Program-made: the position numbers and the translations under genes
The notes under the pieces: generated by a model
What the model was told of the DNA's origin: nothing
The model's input: only the letters and a program-made list of their open reading frames with translations
Databases searched by the model: none
Shown here: piece after piece, positions 1 through 8,251 of the stretch
How positions within the stretch are numbered: position 1 is the stretch's first letter
How the letters are laid out: every line of letters starts with the position of its first letter
Virus record (IMG/VR): IMGVR_UViG_3300035698_012504
Span: 1 to 58,693 of that record
Reading direction: 5' to 3' (one strand)
From: a virus
Length of the DNA: 58,693 nt

Positions 1-18
1 AGAGGAATCTGTATATAG
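1..18 (+). CDS. 3' end (partial) of a further upstream member of the tandem-array small protein family
   Basis: aga gga atc tgt ata tag = RGICI*, the same tail as the member ending at 808 (GGICI*). AGGAGG and ATG 27 follow. Confidence 0.6.
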   Translation, partial: RGICI

Positions 19-26
19 GAGGATGT

Positions 27-389
27 ATGTTAGGATTAGACCCATATGTTATGGATCGATTAATTCCTATATTAAAAGATAATTTGTTCTTCAAGTATAT
101 AGTAGATAATATGGATTATAAGGAAATGGGGTGGGTTCATAATTCTATAACGTTTAGTTTCTCTACACTAGATGGCACCCTTGACATACTTATGGGAGTT
201 CATGATGAGGCAATAAGAATTGTAATCTATATGACATATTTGGATACTTTTTTAATAAAAGAAAACAATATACATTATGAAATTAGTATAAAATTCGCTG
301 ATGAGCATATGCCTGAAACAGGATTTACAATTGCTACTAATGGGTATATACATATATTAGACATTATAAGAAAAGGGATATCAATATGA
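27..389 (+). CDS. tandem-array small protein family member (120 aa), tail LDIIRKGISI
   Basis: AGGAGG upstream of the ATG. The stop overlaps the next start as ATGA. Family C-terminal tail present. Confidence 0.85.
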   Translation: MLGLDPYVMDRLIPILKDNLFFKYIVDNMDYKEMGWVHNSITFSFSTLDGTLDILMGVHDEAIRIVIYMTYLDTFLIKENNIHYEISIKFADEHMPETGFTIATNGYIHILDIIRKGISI

Positions 390-808
390 TAATGGATATG
401 ATTGATACTGAAGTTAATAATGGATACCTTATTAGGCGTACATTAAATCAAACCTTAACGAAGAGTCAGATATTTAAATGGATAGCAACATATATAGAGG
501 TTGAATCGACTAGAAGTGTAAAAGTATATACTTCATTTAATAATATAGATATTATATTAACCGGCATGAAAGGACTTCATCACATAACAGTGAGTATTAC
601 TGGGAAAACTTATATAGTCGATAGATATAATCACCCTAGATTTGCACCAGATAAGATTAATCCTATTAATATTATTATGGAGTTTTATTATACAAGCCCC
701 CCTCATAAATTATTTGTTGTTAGAGATAGATGGTTTAAATACGATGTGACCCCTTCTCAACATTCAATAAATTTAACTGATATGTTAATGGGAGGAATCT
801 GTATATGA
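386..808 (+). CDS. tandem-array small protein family member (140 aa), tail DMLMGGICI
   Basis: ATGA overlaps at both ends. Acidic N-terminus MIMDMIDTE. Confidence 0.85.
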   Translation: MIMDMIDTEVNNGYLIRRTLNQTLTKSQIFKWIATYIEVESTRSVKVYTSFNNIDIILTGMKGLHHITVSITGKTYIVDRYNHPRFAPDKINPINIIMEFYYTSPPHKLFVVRDRWFKYDVTPSQHSINLTDMLMGGICI

Positions 809-1116
809 TAGTTGATATGTTGACAATCGATTCATCGATGTTTGTATCCACTATGACAGAACACAGCTATAGTCTATACTTAGATAACTTAATTATATCG
901 TTTAGACCAGATAATCCTAGATATCCCCACCACCTCGTATTATCCCTCTGTTCATATGATTATGACGGAATAGATATAGAATTAATCAAATATGCAAACT
1001 TTCACTATGTTTATGAGGTAGATGTATTTGATAATATTACATTTGAACATGTAAATAATATATGTAAATCTATAATATGTACGTTGGATATTATCAGGAG
1101 AGGGATATCAGTATGA
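805..1116 (+). CDS. tandem-array small protein family member (103 aa), tail LDIIRRGISV
   Basis: ATGA overlaps at both ends. GGGAGGA lies 9 nt upstream of the ATG. Confidence 0.85.
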   Translation: MIVDMLTIDSSMFVSTMTEHSYSLYLDNLIISFRPDNPRYPHHLVLSLCSYDYDGIDIELIKYANFHYVYEVDVFDNITFEHVNNICKSIICTLDIIRRGISV

Positions 1117-1535
1117 TGGGTTATGTCGGACCTATGTCAAAACAAGATAGGAAATATTTAAGCTCTTTCCCACATGATCTAAGAACTAATTTTATAGCAA
1201 GTACGCTAATACGATTTGGATTTAAAAGGAAAACAATTGAAGATATGGATAGGACTGTTTTAAATCTATCTAGTAGTTTTTATGTACCTGGATCAACATA
1301 TAGTAGAATTGTATCGATTCGTATTAATGGTAGAATGTGGAACGGATACACATATAGCCCTATACCTGAAGGGTATCATGCTAGAATAAAAATAACACTT
1401 AATGATGATGTCATGTATATAACGAGGCGAGATAGCCCGTATGTATACATATTTAGTGCTCCTCCGTGGCCTAAGAAAGGAAAAGATAAACAAATTCATT
1501 TGTTAAATATACTAAAGTTAGGAATCTGCATATGA
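1113..1535 (+). CDS. tandem-array small protein family member (140 aa), tail LNILKLGICI
   Basis: Start moved from ORF-track 1077 to ATG 1113, which forms ATGA with the upstream stop. AGGAGAGGGA lies upstream. Confidence 0.8.
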   Translation: MMGYVGPMSKQDRKYLSSFPHDLRTNFIASTLIRFGFKRKTIEDMDRTVLNLSSSFYVPGSTYSRIVSIRINGRMWNGYTYSPIPEGYHARIKITLNDDVMYITRRDSPYVYIFSAPPWPKKGKDKQIHLLNILKLGICI

Positions 1536-1759
1536 ATTACCCATCTATGAGGGAACTAAGTAGATATATAATGGATAATATAGCGATTGATGGATATAGA
1601 ATATCTAGCAATAGTAAAAATGGAATAATAGTTAATATGAATGAAACTAAGATCTCTATTTTAGATAGTGAACATTATTGGATTAGACTAGAGGATTATA
1701 ATAATAAACCTAAAAGAGTCTATCTCTTGGATATATTATCCCAAGGAGTAGTGATATGA
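1532..1759 (+). CDS. tandem-array small protein family member (75 aa), tail LDILSQGVVI
   Basis: ATGA overlaps at both ends. Confidence 0.8.
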   Translation: MNYPSMRELSRYIMDNIAIDGYRISSNSKNGIIVNMNETKISILDSEHYWIRLEDYNNKPKRVYLLDILSQGVVI

Positions 1760-2126
1760 AGCTTGCTCTGTTACGTGCTCTATATAATATTAATTTCACT
1801 GAGCACCTAATGGAGAATGGTGGTAATGATGTAATCTTTAAATATACAAAACCAGAAATTGATGATGATAGTAAACCATGTAGAGTATATGTTAGTGTCA
1901 CTGAGCCAAGCTATACTGGATTAGGTGGGATAAAGTGGCATTGGGACCACCAATTGATAGAGTAGTTGTAGAACTATATCGAGATTGGGATCTATTAAGA
2001 TGTTCGTATATGTCTCTTGTAGGTATGAGTAAATTTGGATATATTTATCAGGTTACAGATGTTGATTTTAAAATCACTAAAGATATATTCATTATGGACG
2101 TCCTAAAGAGAGGAATAGTAATATGA
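1756..2126 (+). pseudogene. tandem-array family member interrupted by a frameshift (1756-1965 plus 1935-2126), tail MDVLKRGIVI
   Basis: The 5' part has an ATGA-coupled start but no family tail. The 3' part has the tail and an ATGA junction but no coupled start. The frames differ by -1 and the joined length is about 124 codons. The -1 frame is open from 1905. Confidence 0.6.
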
Positions 2127-2329
2127 TCTTTGATAACGATAATAAGATACCATTTGAACATCAATCAAGAGTATATGAAGTTTATTTAGATGTCTATGAT
2201 ATGTTTCATGGTGGGCACGCAGTTCATCCCCTAATTATAGCAGGACTCCCATTTCATATTAACCCTTCCCACTTCAACTTTGGAAGAATAGCGAATTGGA
2301 TATATCATACAGGAGGAGTTGTAATATGA
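2123..2329 (+). CDS. tandem-array family, MIFDN subfamily member (68 aa), tail ANWIYHTGGVVI
   Basis: N-terminus MIFDNDNKIPFE. His/Pro-rich centre. ATGA overlaps at both ends. Confidence 0.85.
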   Translation: MIFDNDNKIPFEHQSRVYEVYLDVYDMFHGGHAVHPLIIAGLPFHINPSHFNFGRIANWIYHTGGVVI

Positions 2330-2688
2330 GCGTCCAGCAAAGAGAAGAAGAACTATTCGATTTATTACAACGTTCAGGATTTAAGAAAAGAAGTCATCGC
2401 ACATCTATGATGGATTTTAGAGAAGAATCGTTTGATTTTGGTAACTATGTAGTAATTACTCTAAATGAAAATGGGTATATTGATGTGGAGATAGTAGATA
2501 AATTAGATATAGATAAATCGAGATACTACTATGTTAAAAGAATGGATAAAAGTAGTTTTAAAATGAGAATATATGCGAGTACTTATCCCGTGGCACCAGA
2601 ACGTATATTCGAATTTAAAATAGGAATAGATAAATTAGGAAAATTAATAAATACGTTTGATGTATTTAAACAAGGAGCAATATTATGA
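2326..2688 (+). CDS. tandem-array small protein family member (120 aa), tail FDVFKQGAIL
   Basis: Start moved from 2296 to ATG 2326 (ATGA overlap, AGGAGGAG upstream). Confidence 0.8.
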   Translation: MSVQQREEELFDLLQRSGFKKRSHRTSMMDFREESFDFGNYVVITLNENGYIDVEIVDKLDIDKSRYYYVKRMDKSSFKMRIYASTYPVAPERIFEFKIGIDKLGKLINTFDVFKQGAIL

Positions 2689-2906
2689 TATACATAGATA
2701 CTATGGATCGTTATATAATTAAGAATTATGATGAGTATGTTAGTAAAATACATACAGACATACTTACCACAATCCAACATAAACTTAATAAAGGTTATGA
2801 TGAGTGGACACACTATGAATACTTTCTTAGTCGTCATCTTATAAGATCTATTAATAGCTCGAACATATGTAGTTGAATATTTGCAAAACAAGGAGTTGTG
2901 GTATGA
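2685..2906 (+). pseudogene. tandem-array family member with an in-frame TGA at 2874-2876; the family tail IFAKQGVVV* continues in the same frame
   Basis: The ORF 2685-2876 lacks the tail. Ten codons further on in the same frame come QGVVV and the ATGA junction to the next gene (2903). Confidence 0.6.
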
Positions 2907-3361
2907 CTGAAAGAGGTATAATTAATGTATTAGATTCTTTACAATTCAACAACTCTAAAATATCTGGATCTTTTGCTGCCCCTATTAATGGAAGGGGATT
3001 TGCTCATATGAATCCAGGTCCTCCAACAGCACGATTTACATTCAGAGATAAAAATAGAATATCACTATCAACTACAATTTCAAAACCACAGATGATTGAT
3101 GTAGTATCAAGAAGAACCCATTTACTCGGAGGAATATCAAGACGTGGCCTAGTTGTAGAATGTTGGTTATACATACACTCTGATATAAATGATTATTATC
3201 TTTACTTTGTCGTACCATTTAATGAATCGACATTCACTGTTTATTTCACTCATAAATATAATGAGAAGGATAAAGATCATATTGATAGGGTTGGAACATT
3301 GTTTAGTAGATCAAAACCTATATTCATTCTAGATGTATTGAAGCGAGGAGTCGTGATATGA
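2903..3361 (+). CDS. tandem-array small protein family member (152 aa), tail LDVLKRGVVI
   Basis: Start moved from 2873 to ATG 2903 (CAAGGAG upstream, ATGA motif). Confidence 0.8.
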   Translation: MTERGIINVLDSLQFNNSKISGSFAAPINGRGFAHMNPGPPTARFTFRDKNRISLSTTISKPQMIDVVSRRTHLLGGISRRGLVVECWLYIHSDINDYYLYFVVPFNESTFTVYFTHKYNEKDKDHIDRVGTLFSRSKPIFILDVLKRGVVI

Positions 3362-3687
3362 TGTATACAGATGGATCAGATATGCTATATACATTTACAT
3401 TATCTGACGTAATAACTGGTGTAAAGGGTAGATCGTTTGATTTCATTATAAAAATAGATGAATACCCAGACTTTGTTAACAAAGGGCATACAAGATTAAA
3501 AAAAGTATCTCTTTATTTCTCAGTGTTTGGTAAAACATGTACTATTGATTGTATGTTAAACTCTAAATTCCCAAATATATTCTTATTTAATAATCTCCAT
3601 TATATTGTGTTAGTATATAACAATGGAGTTACTATGCCAACTTCAGTTAACACATTTAATATAATATCTCATGGTATCGTAATATGA
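3358..3687 (+). CDS. tandem-array small protein family member (109 aa), tail FNIISHGIVI
   Basis: ATGA overlaps at both ends. N-terminus MMYTDGSD. Confidence 0.85.
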   Translation: MMYTDGSDMLYTFTLSDVITGVKGRSFDFIIKIDEYPDFVNKGHTRLKKVSLYFSVFGKTCTIDCMLNSKFPNIFLFNNLHYIVLVYNNGVTMPTSVNTFNIISHGIVI

Positions 3688-3965
3688 TTGTAGATACTAC
3701 TGATATGAAAGAGCTAGGTATTGGTGTATGTATCTCAGAAGGGTTATGGGTAGATACATTTCACACCAAAGATATAATGCTAACTTTATACCGTTATATA
3801 GATGGAGGATCAATTACATCCATAACTAGAGATCAGGCTGAATTGGTCAGACATCATGGTAGAGTATATACATTTGATTTATTTGATACGCATATTATAT
3901 CATCTGCTCATCATAATGGATTAATTACTCCACTCAACATGATAAAGAGAGGGATTGTAATATGA
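3684..3965 (+). CDS. tandem-array small protein family member (93 aa), tail LNMIKRGIVI
   Basis: ATGA overlaps at both ends. N-terminus MIVDTTDM. Confidence 0.85.
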   Translation: MIVDTTDMKELGIGVCISEGLWVDTFHTKDIMLTLYRYIDGGSITSITRDQAELVRHHGRVYTFDLFDTHIISSAHHNGLITPLNMIKRGIVI

Positions 3966-4189
3966 TATTTGACAACGGCAACGAGTTATTATTTGAAGAT
4001 TGTCTACCAGTGTATGATGTGTATTTTAAAATATCTGATGTTTTTGGTATACCCCTCCGTATTAAATTTCCCCTTCCAAAAAATAAATATGGAAATCCCA
4101 AAGTTTTATATTACCTTCCGACGCTCCCTAGAATACATATCTCAATAATATTTAAGTTGATATATTATAGTAAAGGAATTAATATATGA
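3962..4189 (+). CDS. tandem-array family, MIFDN subfamily member (75 aa), tail LIYYSKGINI
   Basis: N-terminus MIFDNGNELLFEDC. Pro-rich centre. ATGA overlaps at both ends. Confidence 0.85.
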   Translation: MIFDNGNELLFEDCLPVYDVYFKISDVFGIPLRIKFPLPKNKYGNPKVLYYLPTLPRIHISIIFKLIYYSKGINI

Positions 4190-4488
4190 TATATGAAGAT
4201 ACTACAGATGCCCTAATGGGGGTGGAATATAATCCCGCAGAAGAATGTATTAAACTTAGCTATGGTAAGGAATCATTTTCACATGTAGATGTTGCTCTTT
4301 ATAGTGATGGTGGATTCGGATTTAGAATATCTAGATACCATTATATGAATATGTTGTCGTGTGTTACAGTAAAACGATCATACCGACAAAGGTTCGAATA
4401 TATATTTAAGACTGGATGCCATGAGCAATTTAGAAAGAAGCGATATGTTAATCTGATGGATATCTTCAACAGAGGAGTTCCTATATAG
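4186..4488 (+). CDS. tandem-array small protein family member (100 aa), tail MDIFNRGVPI
   Basis: ATGA overlap at the start. N-terminus MIYEDTTD. The TAG stop overlaps the next GTG start (TAGTG). Confidence 0.85.
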   Translation: MIYEDTTDALMGVEYNPAEECIKLSYGKESFSHVDVALYSDGGFGFRISRYHYMNMLSCVTVKRSYRQRFEYIFKTGCHEQFRKKRYVNLMDIFNRGVPI

Positions 4489-4712
4489 TGTATGTAGATG
4501 TAAAAGTTAATATGATGCTTAGTGCCGTAATGTACAAAGATGCTGGAGATTTTCGCGACTTGTGTGTTCATAATTATACTAGACCACTAGCCATTAAACC
4601 AATTAGATATAGTGGATATGGTAGGGATATGGGTTATACAGCATACATTAGAGGTTTTAGATTTAAGGACGTATTTAACCAAGTAATGAAGAGAGGAATA
4701 GTATGGAAATAG
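4488..4712 (+). CDS. tandem-array small protein family member (74 aa), tail FNQVMKRGIVWK
   Basis: GTG start overlaps the upstream TAG. The junction reads ATGG instead of ATGA, so the tail runs 2 codons past the thyX ATG. Confidence 0.7.
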   Translation: MYVDVKVNMMLSAVMYKDAGDFRDLCVHNYTRPLAIKPIRYSGYGRDMGYTAYIRGFRFKDVFNQVMKRGIVWK

Positions 4713-5485
4713 TAGAACCGAAAGTATTTTTAATAGCAGAAACTAAATTAGATAATGAGGGCCTTCTTGAATATCTCAAGGATCTTAACGTATTAGATTA
4801 TAGCTGGAGTGCCCCGTCTGATTCAGAGGCGCTATGTGAGATGATGGGAAGATTGTGTTATAGATCATTCAAGCCTGGTCTTAATCCCAATGTTACAAAA
4901 GTAAGGACCGGTAATGATGTATACTTAAAGAACATTATAAACACTGGGCATGGGTCAGTTTTAGAACATGCTAGTGTAAGTTTTATATTCAAAGACGTAT
5001 CTCGAGTATTCACGCATGAGCTTGTTCGACATAGATCAGGGGTAGCTATATCTCAAGAGTCTCTTAGATTCGTTAGGTTAGATAAGCTTAGTGCGTATGT
5101 CCCGATACAGATAGAAGAGAATGAAGAAGCAATGTCTTTGTTCATGGATACGTTTGATAAACTTGAAGAGGTGCAAAAACAACTCGCTGACATTTACGAT
5201 ATAGAGAACACTGATGACTTTGCTAGGAAGAAAGAATTAACCTCTGCATTCAGGAGAGTTGCCCCTATTGGATTAGCAACTACCATAGGGTGGACATGTA
5301 ATATGCGAGCACTAAGACACATAATCGAATTAAGAACTAGCCCACATGCAGAGATAGAACTTAGAGTAGTATTCGCAAAAGTATTTGATATAGTGAAAGA
5401 TAAATACCCTAATATATTTGGAGATTATAAAGTAGAGATGGTAGATGGTATACCGTGGGTGCATACTACGGAGGAGAAGATCTAA
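4703..5485 (+). CDS. thyX: flavin-dependent thymidylate synthase ThyX
   Basis: ThyX signature RHRSGVAISQESLR plus GHGSVLEH. AGAGAGGAA RBS lies inside the upstream tail codons. Confidence 0.9.
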   Translation: MEIVEPKVFLIAETKLDNEGLLEYLKDLNVLDYSWSAPSDSEALCEMMGRLCYRSFKPGLNPNVTKVRTGNDVYLKNIINTGHGSVLEHASVSFIFKDVSRVFTHELVRHRSGVAISQESLRFVRLDKLSAYVPIQIEENEEAMSLFMDTFDKLEEVQKQLADIYDIENTDDFARKKELTSAFRRVAPIGLATTIGWTCNMRALRHIIELRTSPHAEIELRVVFAKVFDIVKDKYPNIFGDYKVEMVDGIPWVHTTEEKI

Positions 5486-5501
5486 CATAAGGTAGTGAAT
5501 T

Positions 5502-5818
5502 ATGATATATGTTACTGGATGTATAAACTCAACGTTTTCTGAAAAGTTGATACATGAATCATTTAATAACATCTTAATATTATTAGACTTCATAGATGAT
5601 GATGATTATATGAATTATATCCTTGAGTATGGTATTAAGATTTATCCAATTTGTCCCATTCGATTTGAACTCTATTTAATTATAGACACTCCCCTCAGAT
5701 AGATATTCATTTCACACAAAGTCCAAAAATATCTGTAGTGTATACTAGTAAAGGTATACGTGTACCAGTCATTAGCTTTCATTTAATTGATATATTTAAG
5801 AGAGGGATAGCCATATAA
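5502..5818 (+). pseudogene. tandem-array family member interrupted by a frameshift (5502-5702 plus 5669-5818), tail IDIFKRGIAI
   Basis: The N-terminus MIYVTG is in one frame. The -1 frame is open from 5669 and ends with the family tail FKRGIAI* at 5816-5818. Confidence 0.55.
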
Positions 5819-5828
5819 AGGAGATAGT

Positions 5829-6077
5829 ATGCACATAGATGAAGACGGATTATACAATGAAGTTGCTCGTTATATTAGAACAAGGAATGATTTATCATTA
5901 GGACTTACTGTTATGAATATAACAAATGGTAAATTATTAATAGTAGTAGTTAATGACCCATCTAATAGAGGAACGCGGTTTAATCATGTAGATAATCTTA
6001 AAGAAATACTACCCAAAGTAATTCATTATTTCATATTAGTGTATATGGATGTTATGAAGGAAGGAATAAATATCTAA
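5829..6077 (+). CDS. tandem-array small protein family member (82 aa), tail MDVMKEGINI
   Basis: AAAGGAG RBS. The stop overlaps the next start as TAATG. Confidence 0.8.
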   Translation: MHIDEDGLYNEVARYIRTRNDLSLGLTVMNITNGKLLIVVVNDPSNRGTRFNHVDNLKEILPKVIHYFILVYMDVMKEGINI

Positions 6078-6451
6078 TGGATATGTATATGAGAACTCCT
6101 TTAATAAGACCATGTAGAGAAGAATATGATCATAGTTTTAGTACGAGAATATGTCACGCATGGATAAGAACTAAAACTAATTCATTTATTCACTTCCAAG
6201 TATCTGTTTCTCCAACTAACTCTACAGACAAATTCAAGCTGATGATGTTTTTGACAACAGATGATAAAATCAATGAAATAGGGACACGGGCATGGGTAGA
6301 AGAAAAACAAATATTAAGTATAGGAGCATCTAGGATGTTTGAATTATACTATGGGACCAGACTACAAAATCCTCTTATCATTCAGGGAATTTTTAAAAAA
6401 GGGGTATGTATCAATTCGAATGATTTTTTAAACGGAGGAATCGATATATGA
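6077..6451 (+). CDS. tandem-array small protein family member (124 aa), tail DFLNGGIDI
   Basis: TAATG overlap at the start and ATGA overlap at the end. Confidence 0.8.
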   Translation: MDMYMRTPLIRPCREEYDHSFSTRICHAWIRTKTNSFIHFQVSVSPTNSTDKFKLMMFLTTDDKINEIGTRAWVEEKQILSIGASRMFELYYGTRLQNPLIIQGIFKKGVCINSNDFLNGGIDI

Positions 6452-6810
6452 TATTTATATCTCCACCAGAAGATGGATTATATTCAGACTCAATTGTTAG
6501 GATAGAGCTTGTACCACACTCATCTAATCGCAGATATAAATTTATTGCTAATATTCCATCTAAACTAGATGATGTTTTATGTTCAATTTACGTCAGAAAA
6601 AAATCCCCATGGTGCCGAGACGATATAATAATAATATCATTCAAGCATCATAGATGTTATTTTCAAATATCTACTTTTAGTGGGTATGAACCAACTAAAG
6701 TATTTACTAAACCTAAAGTACAAACACTAATAACTAAACAGGGATGCAAATCAGAAGAAACTTATAGGGATATGGGTAGAATGTTTAGATGTGGAGGAAT
6801 CTCAATATGA
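6448..6810 (+). CDS. tandem-array small protein family member (120 aa), tail MFRCGGISI
   Basis: ATGA overlaps at both ends. ACGGAGGA upstream. Confidence 0.85.
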   Translation: MIFISPPEDGLYSDSIVRIELVPHSSNRRYKFIANIPSKLDDVLCSIYVRKKSPWCRDDIIIISFKHHRCYFQISTFSGYEPTKVFTKPKVQTLITKQGCKSEETYRDMGRMFRCGGISI

Positions 6811-7037
6811 TATTCGACAACGGTAATAAATTGTTATTTAAAGATTGCTCGTTAGTATATGACTATCTTAAATTATATAATTACATTCACCTTCACCCTC
6901 ACCTTCACCCTCACCTTCACCTTCACCCTCACCCTCACCCTCACCTTCGCCCTCACTCCCGCCTTCCCCTTCACCCTCACCTTCAACCCGAAAAATTATT
7001 TAACTGGGTGTATAATAAAGGAGGAGTTGTGATATGA
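6807..7037 (+). CDS. MIFDN subfamily member with a (His-Leu/His-Pro)n repeat core (76 aa), tail FNWVYNKGGVVI
   Basis: Start moved from 6789 to ATG 6807 (ATGA overlap). Near-identical paralogue at 8556-8786. Confidence 0.85.
   Translation: MIFDNGNKLLFKDCSLVYDYLKLYNYIHLHPHLHPHLHLHPHPHPHLRPHSRLPLHPHLQPEKLFNWVYNKGGVVI
6888..6983 (+). repeat. in-frame hexanucleotide repeat CACCYT (16 units, degenerating at the 3' end) encoding HLHPHLHP...
   Basis: Read directly: cac ctt cac cct cac ctt cac cct ... inside CDS 6807-7037. Confidence 0.9.
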
Positions 7038-7432
7038 TATTTGATACGACGTGTGAATATAACATGTATCAGTATGCATATGGAATGACTACACGTAAGA
7101 ATACAGTGACTAGAGAACATACTAGAATTACTATCCGTTCTCTTAGAGGTTATTGTTTCACATTCGAAAATCTAAGACATCCTCCGAAAGAATATGAAGG
7201 GCATTTTATATCGAGGGACGTTGAAGAGTTTTTAATAATTTATAAAGTAGATAGGATTACAGATGTTTATTACGATTTTATAAGAATAGGGAAAGTAGTG
7301 AGAGGGAAGAATCATTTAGTACGAAATGGAAAGAGAGAAATAATAATAACAACTGGTGTAAATCATACTACATCTGTTCCCAATGTATGTACAATTATAT
7401 TGGCGCTTTGTAGGAAAGGAACAGTCATATGA
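7034..7432 (+). CDS. tandem-array small protein family member (132 aa), tail ILALCRKGTVI
   Basis: ATGA overlaps at both ends. AAAGGAGGAG upstream. Confidence 0.85.
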   Translation: MIFDTTCEYNMYQYAYGMTTRKNTVTREHTRITIRSLRGYCFTFENLRHPPKEYEGHFISRDVEEFLIIYKVDRITDVYYDFIRIGKVVRGKNHLVRNGKREIIITTGVNHTTSVPNVCTIILALCRKGTVI

Positions 7433-7647
7433 TATTTGATAATGATAATAAAATGTTGATCGGAGATCCTACTAAAGCTTATAATACATATTGTTATATT
7501 AATACTCACACATGGGCAATTCAATATCTTAGTATGCATCTTCATACTAAATATCTTAATCTTACTCTTTTCCCACATTCTCGATTCCATCCTAGATTAG
7601 GAACCACATACAAATGGATAATTGAAAATAAAGGGGTCGTGATATGA
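7429..7647 (+). CDS. MIFDN subfamily member (72 aa), tail KWIIENKGVVI
   Basis: N-terminus MIFDNDNKMLIGD. His-rich centre. ATGA overlaps at both ends. Confidence 0.85.
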   Translation: MIFDNDNKMLIGDPTKAYNTYCYINTHTWAIQYLSMHLHTKYLNLTLFPHSRFHPRLGTTYKWIIENKGVVI

Positions 7648-8006
7648 TATTTGAATCGGTTAACATTGATTTGTTTTGGAGAGATGGATTACATTTGAGA
7701 ACATTAAAACATGGTTATACCCACTTCTTTAGAGAAACTTACGTTGATAAAATATTTATGCATGATACATTTATAGGAGATTTATTACTCGAATGTATCC
7801 TTGTCAACCATATAGATTATATAAGAATACGAATTCCAACATTTCCATATAGATCCATGACATATAAATTTGATATGGGTACCGAGATACTCATTCGATT
7901 TGGATCTGGTAATATATTCTGTACGCAGACAAGTAAAAAAGAAGAAAAAATTAAGTGGTTTCAATTTGGAACTTTAGATATCATGACTAGAGGGGTAGTT
8001 ATATGA
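7644..8006 (+). CDS. tandem-array small protein family member (120 aa), tail LDIMTRGVVI
   Basis: ATGA overlaps at both ends. The N-terminus MIFESV is shared with the member at 9960. Confidence 0.85.
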   Translation: MIFESVNIDLFWRDGLHLRTLKHGYTHFFRETYVDKIFMHDTFIGDLLLECILVNHIDYIRIRIPTFPYRSMTYKFDMGTEILIRFGSGNIFCTQTSKKEEKIKWFQFGTLDIMTRGVVI

Positions 8007-8251
8007 TTTATGTATATGATGCATCAGATTCATTACAAGGTATAAGATTAGATGATATTGAATTTTATATATCATCGGATGCAGTATGTGATATGTGTAA
8101 GAGAACAGATATTATGTGTGATAATCAATGTGCTATTTACTTTAATTCATGGCCATTTACAGAGGTGACCAAAGAGTTTTATGTTCCACCACGACCAACC
8201 ATCCCTCTTATGTATAATTGGGTGAGGAGACAGATAGGAGCTGTTGTATGA
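8003..8251 (+). CDS. tandem-array small protein family member (82 aa), tail YNWVRRQIGAVV
   Basis: ATGA overlaps at both ends. The NW tail resembles the MIFDN subfamily. Confidence 0.8.
   Translation: MIYVYDASDSLQGIRLDDIEFYISSDAVCDMCKRTDIMCDNQCAIYFNSWPFTEVTKEFYVPPRPTIPLMYNWVRRQIGAVV

Noticed and set aside
5709-5719. 11-mer ATTTCACACAA shared between 5709-5719 and 9155-9165, both near breaks in the array.
   Set aside because: A single shared 11-mer between two sites is expected many times by chance in 58.7 kb. One copy lies inside the frameshifted coding region, and the two copies are in different reading frames.
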